In this document: one piece after another, positions 54,738-64,000 of the stretch
Numbering within the stretch: position 1 is the first letter of the stretch
How the letters are laid out: each line of letters begins with the position of its first letter
Origin: Octopus vulgaris
Lineage: Eukaryota
Reading direction: 5' to 3'
Length of the DNA stretch: 64,000 bases
NCBI GenBank assembly: GCA_951406725.2
Contig: OX597836.1
Location: forward strand, 12,772,001 to 12,836,000
The notes under the pieces: generated by a model
What the model saw: the letters and a program-made list of their open reading frames with translations, nothing else
What the model was told of the DNA's origin: nothing
The model's database searches: none
Program-made: the position numbers and the translations under genes

Positions 54738-54829
54738 ATGGGCAAAAGAGACTGGTAGAATAAGTACTGGGCTTACAAGGAATAAGTCCTGGAGTCGATT
54801 TGCTCTTAACCACTACGCCATATGCCCAT

Positions 54830-55083
54830 GGGCATATGGCATAGTGGTTAAGAGCGCAGGCTACTAACCCCAAGATTCCGAGTTCGATTCCGGGCAGTGA
54901 CCTGAATAATAATAATAATAATAACAACAACAACAGCAACAGTGAAAAATACCTTAGGAATGAGAACCCAGGTTCGAAATTTCCCCCAAGACACCTGATG
55001 AATGCTGGGGGGGAATATCAGCCGAAAGTTGTATTAACAACCAACAAGATGAGGACAAATATCTGTCGAATGTAAATAATGTA
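54830..55083 (+). mobile_element. tRNA-headed short element with hammerhead motif (copy 1)
   Basis: Head GGGCATATGGCATAGTGGTTAAGAGCG...GAGTTCGATTCC (A and B boxes), then an (AAT/AAC)n linker, then GACAC-CTGATGA-A-stem-GAAA at 54990-55035. Confidence 0.7.
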
Positions 55084-56132
55084 AATGCCTGCTTGTTTGG
55101 GATTGATCTGAGATTAAACACATTGATAAGTGTCCTTTGTGCGGTCAGTGACTCTGCTATAAATAGCATCTGAACCTCTCATATTACACCCTTTTGCTTA
55201 TAAAAGGCTAGGAGTGTAGCATACAAACAAACAAACAAAATTAATAAAATGGAGGATGACCTGTAGAATGCCTTTTGAATGGCAATCCAAGCTGACCTGG
55301 TGCTAAATGACAACAACAAAAGACAGGTGTGGATTTGAACTTATGACATACTTAGTAAGTAATTAGAGGCATGGTTGAGTGGCTGAGAAGTTCACTTTTC
55401 CAAGCATGTGGTTTCAAGTTCAGTCCCACGGCATGGCACCTTGGGCAAGTGTCTTCTACTATGGGCTTAAAGTGAATTTTGTTGATGAAAAGTGTAAGGA
55501 ATCATCATCATCACCATTATAATTTAGCATCTGCTTTCCATGCTAGAATGAGTAGGACAGTTTGACAAGGAACTAGCAAGCTGCAAGGCTGTGTGTTAAG
55601 CTCCAGTGTCATCTTTTGACATGGTTTCTACAGCAGGATGCCCTTCCTAGTGCCAGCCACTTTACAGAGTGTACTGGCTGCGATTTACCTTCGTCAATGC
55701 ACAGTGATTGCTTATAAGCTTATAAATGTTATTATTATTATTTACAGAAGTGTAAAATCCGGCACAGTTTACCAAATAATCACATATATGTGTATATGTG
55801 TGAGTGTGTGTGTGTGTGAAGGCGTGTGGCTTAGTGGTTAGGGGCATTCGGCTCATAATTGTAATGTCGTGAGTTCGATTCCCGGCAGCGCGTTGTGTCC
55901 TTGAGCAAGACACTTTATTTCACATCGCTCCAATCCACTCAGCTGGCAAAAGTGAGTAGTACCTGTATTTCAAAGGGTCAACTTTGTCACACTCTGTGTC
56001 ACGCTGAATCTCCCTGAGAACTACATTAATGGTACACGTATCTGTGGAGTGCTCAGCCACTTGCATGTTAATATCACGGGCAAACAAAGAATATGGAAGC
56101 TGGGACCCTCGTCATGCAACCGACGGAGTGCT

Positions 56133-56176
<44 letters not shown>

Positions 56177-57089
56177 TATATATACACATACTTGTGTGTG
56201 TCTTTGTGTCTGTGTTTGTCCCACCACCCACCAGCTGATGTTGGTTTGTTTACATCTCTGTGACTTAGCAGTTCAGCAAAAGAGACTGATAGAATAAATA
56301 CCAGATTTTAAAAAATTAAGTACTGGAGTTGATCTGTTCAACTAAAAAAAAAAAAACAATAGAGAAAAAAAACAAACAGTCAGAGTAGTGCTCCAGCATG
56401 GCTGCAGTGTCCAGTGACTGAAACAATTAAAAGATAATTCAGTAGGTTATGCATTGTGATGTTGATGCACAAGCCAGGTCAGGTCACAACGAGCTGCGCA
56501 ATTTGTGTAACAATGCACACCGATGTCACAACGAGGCCACTTCACCTGAGAAAGCAGGTTCGTTATCAAACTAATTAATAGATATGTATGAGGTTGTTTA
56601 ATCAGAACCCACACGATAAGAGCTGCTGCTGTTGTTGTTGTCCCCGTGGCTGCGATTTAATCTGAGGTCATCCGTGATTCGGTGAAAATTTAATCGAAAG
56701 TGTTCCGGCCAGCTGTAACTATCTCATCTGTTTACTCTTACTCTCCCTCTTTTACTCTTTTACTTGTTTCAGTCATTTTGACTGTGGCCATGCCGGAGCA
56801 CCGCCTTTTAGTCGAGCAAATCGACCCTGGGACTTATTCTTTTTGTAAGCCCAGTACTTATTCTATCGGTCTCTCTTTGCCGAACCGCTAAGTGACGGGG
56901 ACGTAAACACACCAGCATCGGTTTTCAAGCAATGCTCAGGGGGACAAACACAGACACACAGACACATACACATATATATATATATATATATATAATCTCA
57001 ACAATTGAGGGTAAAATTAATTAGTTATTAATCAATTTCACCAAGTATTCAGTATGTAAAGGGACCATTTAAGGCGAATTCAAAATATT

Positions 57090-57399
57090 ACATTGTATAA
57101 AAGGGCTTAGTAAAATAAATTACTTTGCCACATACTGAACTCATTAGAAATAGCAGCCAAAAAAAAAAAGATTTTTTAGCCTTTTCTAATACTTAAAGAA
57201 AATTTCTCTCAGATAGTGTTTACTCAAAATAACCCATACCTTCGTGGGTTATTTTGAGTAAACACTATCTGAGAGAAATTTTCTTTAAGTATTAGAAAAG
57301 GCTAAAAAATCTTTTTTTTTTTTTTTTTTTTGCTGCTATTTCTAATGAGTTCAGTATGTGGCAAAGTAATTTATTTTACTAAGCCCTTTTATACAATGT
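57090..57399. repeat. Near-perfect long hairpin (arms about 150 bp, 8-nt loop)
   Basis: 57090-57236 is the reverse complement of 57245-57399 except around the poly-A/T run. Loop is TACCTTCG. Confidence 0.95.
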
Positions 57400-58595
57400 G
57401 ATATATATATATATATATATATACGACAGGCTTCTCTCAGTTTCCGTCTTCCAAATCCACTCACAAGGCATTGGTCGGCCGGAGGCTATAGCAGAAGACG
57501 CTTGCCCAAGATGCCACGCAGCGGGACTGAACCCGGAACCATGTGGTTGGTTAGCAAGCTACTTACCACACAGCCACTCCTGCGCCTGTTTATGACATTG
57601 CCCTATTTAATTTCAGGAAATTTGACTACTAGTTTTAGCTAGTCAAGCTACCTTGGGCGAGTGTCTTCTACTATAGCCTCGGGCCGACCAAAACCTTGTA
57701 AGTGGATTTGGTAGACGGAAACCGAAAGAAGCCCGTCGTATATATGTATGTGTATATAGGCGCAGGAGTGGATGTGTGGTAAGTAGCTTGCTTACCAACC
57801 ACATGGTTCCGGGTTCAGTCCCACTGCGTGGCATCTTGGGCAAGTGTCTTCTACTATAGCCTCGGGCCGACCAAAGCCTTGTGAGTGGATTTGGTAGACG
57901 GAAACTGAAAGAAGCCCATCATATATATGTATGTATGTGTGTGTATATGTTTGTGTGTCTGTGTTTGTCTCCCCAACATCGCTTGACAACTGATGGTTGT
58001 GGTGTTTACGTCACCGTAACTTAGCGGTTCGGCCAAAATGACCGATAGAATAAGTACTAGGCTTACAAAGAATAAGTCCTTGGGGTCGATTTGCTCGATT
58101 AAAGGCGGTGCTCCAGCATGGCCACACGTTTAAACCTCTTTAGCACTACATGTTTTCTATACGGAGAATATCCGATTCTCATCTATATGAGAGCCTTGTG
58201 AGTGGATTTGGTAGACGGAAACTGAAAGAAGCCCGTCATATATATGTATATATGTATGTGTGTTTGTGTGTGTCTGTGTTTCCCCCCCCCCCCCACATCA
58301 CTTGACAACAGGTGGTGGTGTGATAGAATAAGTACTTGGCTTCCAAAGAATAAGTCCTGGGGGTCGATTTGCTCAACTAAAGGCAGTGCTCCAGCATGGC
58401 CACAGTAAAAGATTAAAAGAGTCAGGCTACTTTGGTGGTGTTAGTGGCCGTTGTGTTGCTATTGTTTAGATCAAGGTCAACCAATCCTATGGAAACTATT
58501 CCAAATATTATCGTTGCAAAAACAGTAGTAGCTTTCTTTTTTACTTTTCGTTACAATCTTCAGTTTTTGATGTAATTTTTAAAATGTTTGTTTAA

Positions 58596-58815
58596 CCCTT
58601 TAGTGTTCGAATTAATATGTCAGAAGTAATCCTTATTCATTTACATTTTAAAAAATTAACCTGGTATTATCTTGTAGCTTCAAGATTTGAAAGATGTAAT
58701 TGTTTATTTTTAGAATGACATTGCAGGGTAGGTGTGAGATACTGGTTCTGGCCAGTTTGAGCATAAAATGAATAGGATATTTGGGCCAGGTATAGCCGGT
58801 TTAAACACTAAAGGG
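58596..58815. mobile_element. piggyBac-type MITE
   Basis: TTAA|CCCTTTAGTGTT ... AACACTAAAGGG|TTAA. Confidence 0.75.
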
Positions 58816-59880
58816 TTAAATAAACCCATTTCAAGAAAATATCAAGCGGGCTGCAAGATAAAAGTGTGCAGCCTGCGGGCCTCAAGTTGGCCAGCCCTGA
58901 TCATCATAGTATACTTGACATCAAGGATCAACATAAGCTACCACGTAGGCTAGGCAAGAAAACCCTAGAAACACAAACAGCAGGATGTGTTGAGGTAAGG
59001 CCCAGAAAGGTCCATATGAGCCAGCAGTCAATAGAACTTAATCCTAAAACATATAGGGTTGATAGTGGGTGGACAAGTGTGGCTATGTGGTAAGAAGTTT
59101 TGCTTCCCAAGCACATGGTTCCAGGTTCAATCCCACTGCTTGGCACCTAGGATAAACGTCCAGGATGACCAAAGCCTTGTGAGTGGATTTTGGTAGATGT
59201 GCTATTTGAGCATGGCTGTTGCCAGTACCTATTTCTTTACTACCCACAAGGGGCCAAACATAGAGGGGACAAACAAGGACAGACACACGGATTAAGTCGA
59301 TTATATCGACCCCAGTGCGTAACTGGTACTTATTTAATCGACCCCGAAAGGATGAAAGGCAAAGTCAACCTCGGCGGAATTTGAACTCAGAACGTAACGG
59401 CAGACGAAAATACAGCTACGCATTTCGCCTGGTGTGCTAACGTTTCTGCCAGTACCACCTAACTGGCCTTCGTGCCGGTGGCATGTAAAAAGCACCCACT
59501 ATACTCTCAGAGTGGTTGGCTTTAGGAAGGGCATCCAGCTGTAGAAACTCTGCCAAATCAGATTGGAGTCTGGTACAGCCATCTGGTTCGCCAGCCCTCA
59601 GTCAAAATCGTCCAACCCATGCTAGCATGGAAAGCGGACGTTAAGCGACGATGATGATGATGATGATGATGTGTGTGTCTCATCCTCATCATTTAGCATC
59701 TGCTTTCCATGCTGGCATGGGTTGGACGGTTTGACTGGAACTGGTAAGGCAGGAAGCTGCACCACATGAGGACTGAGGTCAATGTAATCAATTTAGCCCC
59801 ATCCCACCACTTAAAACTGCTGGCCCTGTGCCAAAATTTGAAATCAATATTTTGTGTTTGTTAATTTCTATAAAATAATA

Positions 59881-60300
59881 GGCGTAGGAGTGGCAGTGTG
59901 ATAAGTAGCTTGCTTACCAACCATATGGTTTCGGGTTCAGTCCCACTGCGTGGCGTCTTGGGCAAGTGTCTTCTACTATAGCCTCGGGCCGACCAAAGCC
60001 TTGTGAGTGGATTTGGTAGAGAGAAACTGAAAGAAGCCCGTCGTATAAAGGTGTATATATATATATATATATATGCGTGTGTATGTTTGTGTGTCTGTGT
60101 TTGTCCCCCCTAGCATTGCTTGACAACTGATGCTGGTGTGTTTATGTCCCCGTTACTTAGCGGTTCGGCAAAAAGAGACCGATAGAATAAGTACTGGGCT
60201 TACAAAAGAATAAGTCCCGGGGTCGAGTTGCTCGATTAAAGGTGGTGCTCCAGCATGGCCGCAGTCAAATGACTGAAACAAGTAAAAGAGTAAAAAAGTA
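59881..60300 (+). mobile_element. SINE family A (tRNA head, CORE-like CCTTGGGCAAGTG, internal (TA)n(TG)n, (GTAAAAGA)n tail)
   Basis: Full-length representative. Other + copies at about 14366-14765, 14955-15350, 19725-20066, 21175-21575, 29432-29745, 32443-32845, 48810-49205, 49855-50262, 57759-58125 and 62080-62300. Confidence 0.9.
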
Positions 60301-60376
60301 AATAACAAATGCTTTTTTTTTTCAAATCTTTTTTAATTATTCATTTTTTTTTTTGTTTTTCTTTAATCTTCTTCAG

Positions 60377-60543
60377 CGTAACACACATCCACCTTGTAAG
60401 TGTAACAGGAATTAGTGTAGGAATATTGTGGAAGATATTCTCCAGTTGGCATGGACCTAGTGCCCGTCCAATCCTAAATGCCCTTCATTTAGGATCCTTT
60501 GCCTTAAACTTTGGTACACAACACTGGGTTTCATTCATTGCAG
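60377..60543 (+). CDS. TMEM205: TMEM205-like membrane protein, internal coding exon (phase 2 in, phase 1 out)
   Basis: Long pyrimidine tract ending ttcttcag at 60376 and donor CAG|GTAAAT at 60544. Translates VTHIHLVSVTGISVGILWKIFSSWHGPSARPILNALHLGSFALNFGTQHWVSFIAG. The HL..F...FGTQ.WVSF..G segment matches my recollection of the TMEM205/DUF4149 first TM motif (human [20 protein letters not shown]). Confidence 0.9.
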
Positions 60544-60624
60544 GTAAATATTCTCAAATCATTCACCAAAAAAAAAAAAAAAAATTACTGCATTTGTCTT
60601 TTCACATCTTTCTCTTTTATTTTT

Positions 60625-61017
60625 CTCTTTTACTTGTTTCAGTCATTTGACTGCGGCCATGCTGGAGCACCGCCTTTAATCGAGCAACTCGACCCCGGGA
60701 CTTATTCTTTTGTAAGCCCAGTACTTATTCTATCGGTCTCTTTTTTGCCGAAACCGCTAAGTGACGGGGGACGTAAACACACCAGCATCGGTTGTCAAGC
60801 GATGCTAGGGGGACAAACACAGACACACAAACACACACATATATATATATACATATATACGACAGGCTTCTTTCAGTTTCCGTCTACCAAATCCACTCAC
60901 AAGGCATTGGTCGGCCCGGGGCTATAGCAGAAGACACTTGCCCAAGATGCCACGCAGCGGGAACTGAACCCGGAACCATGTGGTTGGTTAGCAAGCTACT
61001 TACCACACAGCCACGCC
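60625..61017 (-). mobile_element. SINE family A, minus-strand copy
   Basis: Other - copies at about 238-617, 5570-6345, 10455-10850, 20093-20518, 26388-26832, 41935-42336, 42953-43423, 50998-51400, 52394-52992, 53151-53550 and 56745-57587. This family is the source of the recurring fake ORFs (YQIHSQGFGRP, LPNPLTRLWS). Confidence 0.9.
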
Positions 61018-62373
61018 TTTTTTTTTCAATATGATTTATATATTTAAATTGCTGTGTGGTTAAGAAGAAGTTTGCTTCCCAACCCCAGGGTTCTGAGTTC
61101 AGTCTCATTCTGCACTACCTTCGGCAAGTGCTTTCTAATTTTGCTCCAAGTCAGGGTAAAGTAAAATAGGGACCAAAAGGGTCCATAGTTAAAAAATAGT
61201 CGAGAGCCCCTACTTTATAGGATTAAAATATAGGATAATGGTCTTTCCAGGGTCGTATAGTCTCCTAGGACCAGTTTCCCATTTTCTGTGGTGTATATAT
61301 GTTCCCCACCTGGATAGGACGCCAGTCCATTGTGAGATTACTCACTTTTGCCAGCTGAGTGAACTGGAGCAACGCAAAATGAAGTACTTTGCTCAAGAAC
61401 ACAACATGCCACCTGGTCAAGGAATTGAAACCACAATCTGACGATCATGAGTCCAGCACCTTAACCACTAAGCCATGTGCCACCACACCCCTTTGAAGTT
61501 GACAAAGTAAAATACCAGACATGTACTGGATCAGTGTAATCAACTTGTCCCCCTGTTCCCACGGCTTTATCGATTACATTACAAAAAATCGATTTTTGTA
61601 ATTTTTCAAGACTCATACACGCCGTGATATCATCAGTATCTACATATCAAATTTGAGCGCAATCAGATGGAGGATGCCCGAGATCCTAGAAGACACACAC
61701 ACAAACAGACAGAATGGATTTTATATAATATATCACGTGATCACGTGACCGACCAGACCATCAGATGTTGCTACACATCGCTGGTCACAATGGGTTCGCA
61801 TTGTTTTAGCCTTCGAACGACGCCACCCCGCTGGCTAAGTGAGCAGGCCAGCAGAAGAAAGAGAGAAAGAGTGGTGAAAGAGTACAGCAGGGATCACCAC
61901 CCCCTGCCGAAGCCTCGTGGAGCTTTTAGGTGTTTTCGCTCAATAAACACACACAACGCCCGGTCTGGGAATCGAAACCGCGATCCTACAACTGCGAGTC
62001 CGCTGCCCTAACCACTGGGCCATTGCGCCTCCACATATAATATATATATATATATATGCATATATGTATATATATATATGATTTATGTATGTGTCTTTGT
62101 GTCTGTGTTTATCCCCGTACTATTGTTTGGTGTGTTTATGTCCCCGTGACCTAGCAGTTTGGCAAAAGAGACCAAAAGAATAAGTACTAGGCTTACAAAG
62201 AATAAGTCCTGGGGAGGTGGGGGTGCGATTTCTTCGACTAAAACCCTTTAAGGCGGTGCTCCAGCATGGCTGCAGCCAAATGGCTTTCAACAAGTAAAAG
62301 AATCGGTAAATATGTATGCACACACAACGTTTAAATACTGAAGAACTAAGCTGAGTAATTGTATTTTTGAAAG

Positions 62374-62537
62374 GTCCTGTAATGATAATGGTGCTCCCTC
62401 GCCACAAGTTTGGTGAGGTACAAAGCAAGCTGTTCCCCTGCTTTTTCGCACTTGGAACCGTAACCTCATCTATCACATTAATGACATATGTATTGAAAAA
62501 CCCATATGTAAGCTGGGATACTCAGAATAAAATTCAG
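62374..62537 (+). CDS. TMEM205: TMEM205-like, internal coding exon (phase 1 in, phase 0 out)
   Basis: Acceptor tttttgaaag|, donor CAG|GTAAGT at 62538. Translates (G)PVMIMVLPRHKFGEVQSKLFPCFFALGTVTSSITLMTYVLKNPYVSWDTQNKIQ. LPRHxFGxVQSKLFP is the TMEM205 signature (human LPRHTFGLVQSKLFP). Phase joins correctly to 60543. Confidence 0.93.
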
Positions 62538-63054
62538 GTAAGTGAAACGCAGTTTTCATTATCATCATTATTATTATTATTATCATTATTATTATTGTTT
62601 ATAAAGACAACAAGCTGGCAGAATTGTTAACATGCCAGGCAAAATGCTTAGCAGTATTTCATCTGCCTTGATGTTTTGAGTTCAAATTCCACTGAGGTTG
62701 GCTTTGTCTTTCATCCTTTCGCAGTCGATAAATTAAGTACCAGTTACGCACTGGTGTCGATGTAAACGACTTAATCCCTTTGTCTGTCCTTGTTTAACTC
62801 TCTGTGTTTAGCCCCTTGTGGGTAGTAAAGAAATAGGTATTTCATCCGCCTTGACGTTTTGAGTTCAAATTCCACTGAGGTCGGCTTTGTCTTTTATCCT
62901 TTCGGGGTTGATAAATTAAGTACCAGTGAAACATTGGGGTCAATGATGCCCTTCCTAATGCCAACCACTTTACAGAGTGTACTGGGTGCTTTTGCATGGC
63001 ACCGCCATAAGTGCTTTACACAACCAGAATAATTGATCTTAACACTTCTGCTGT

Positions 63055-63220
63055 GGGCTATGAGTCTTCTTGAGTATGGCCAGGCACCAGGTATCTTGAT
63101 TCTTTGTCATCTCACCTGAAAGATTCAGCTTCATGAGGTTGTTCTTCAGTACTTCATCTCATGTCTTCCTGGGTCTCCCACTTCCACGCGTTCCATCCAC
63201 TTTGAGAGATCGGCACTGAG
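63055..63220 (-). mobile_element. RTE-clade LINE C-terminal fragment
   Basis: CRSLKVDGTRGSGRPRKT*DEVLKNNLMKLNLSGEMTKNQDTW; the GRPRKTW motif carries a stop in place of W. Confidence 0.75.
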
Positions 63221-63879
63221 CAACAAAGTGCTCTAGAACCACATGGTGAAGTACCATTGGCAAAGAAAGGAGACGAGAGGGCTGGAGAAGCTGAAATGAG
63301 AAGAGAACAGTGGCAAAAAAACAGAGCTGGTTGGAGAGATTGCGTTGTGGCCTTATGCACCTCCTGGCATGGGGAGATGGATGGATGGAAGCACTCCGTC
63401 GGTTACGACGACGAGGGTTCCCGTTGATCCGAATCAACGGAACAGCCTGCTCGTGAAATTAACGTGTAAGTGGCTGAGCACTCCACAGACACGTGCACCC
63501 TTAACGTAGTTCTCGGGGATATTCAGCGTGACACAGAGAGTGACAAGGCCGGCCCTTTGAAATACAGGTACAACAGAAACAGGAAGTAAGAGTGAGAGAA
63601 AGTTGTGGTGAAAGAGTACAGCAGGGATCACCACCATCCCCTGCCGGAGCCTCGTGGAGCTTTAGGTGTTTTCGCTCAATAAACACTCACAACGCCCGGT
63701 CTGGGAATCGAAACCGCGATCCTATGACCGCGAGTCCGCTGCCCTAACCACACTGGGCCATTGCACCTCCACTCGGCATGGAGAGAACTGACTAACTGAC
63801 TGACTGACTAACAACTAACTGACATATATGTATAATCTACAAACTTTTTACTAATTCATTTTCTATCCTACATTTTCAG

Positions 63880-64000
63880 GTTGCCATGCTCTCTTCTAAT
63901 CTGGTCTTTTCCCTGCTAAACTTCCTTGTGTTCGGCCCTCAGTCCGCAGACGCTATGTTTAAACGACATAACTTGGAGCAGAAAGTTGGAGTCGGACATG
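63880..64000 (+). CDS. TMEM205: TMEM205-like, coding exon truncated by the window end
   Basis: Branch-like ctaat, pyrimidine tract and cattttcag| at 63879, phase 0. Translates VAMLSSNLVFSLLNFLVFGPQSADAMFKRHNLEQKVGVGH, comparable to human [32 protein letters not shown]. Confidence 0.9.

Noticed and set aside
54830-54903. Possible tRNA gene (likewise SINE heads at 5774, 38128 and 45263)
   Set aside because: A and B boxes are present but the acceptor and anticodon stems do not close properly, and each continues into a repeat body.
56442-56557. Possible extra TMEM205 exon ending CAG|GTTCGT
   Set aside because: No pyrimidine tract upstream, and the open frames exit in phase 0 or 1, incompatible with the phase-2 acceptor at 60377.

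Overview
This is AT-rich, intron/intergenic animal DNA. It is most likely a coleoid cephalopod (Octopus-like), inferred from the tRNA-headed SINE families and the very high load of (TA)n/(CA)n/(ATC)n microsatellites. Almost all ORFs in the supplied track are microsatellite or SINE artefacts. One host gene is well supported: a + strand TMEM205 homologue with exons at 60377-60543, 62374-62537 and 63880 to the window end, with matching splice phases. It has two candidate first exons (39716-39723 and 48470-48477), both reading ATG-GTT-CN|GTAAGT. The rest is transposon debris: at least four SINE families, a decayed L1/Tx1 LINE, RTE fragments, three Penelope-like element (PLE) remnants and several MITEs (Tc1/mariner-like, piggyBac-like, and one with 30-bp TIRs and an 8-bp TSD). 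The most unusual signals are: (1) a small element joining a tRNA-like Pol III head to a minimal PLE-type hammerhead ribozyme, present as a head-to-head palindrome plus a third copy; (2) a second hammerhead with a compensatory U3-A8 core downstream of a GIY-YIG remnant; (3) SINE multimers sharing one junction at five loci; (4) many long fold-back structures in the TMEM205 pre-mRNA. All calls are by eye, no database search was run, and repeat boundaries are approximate.
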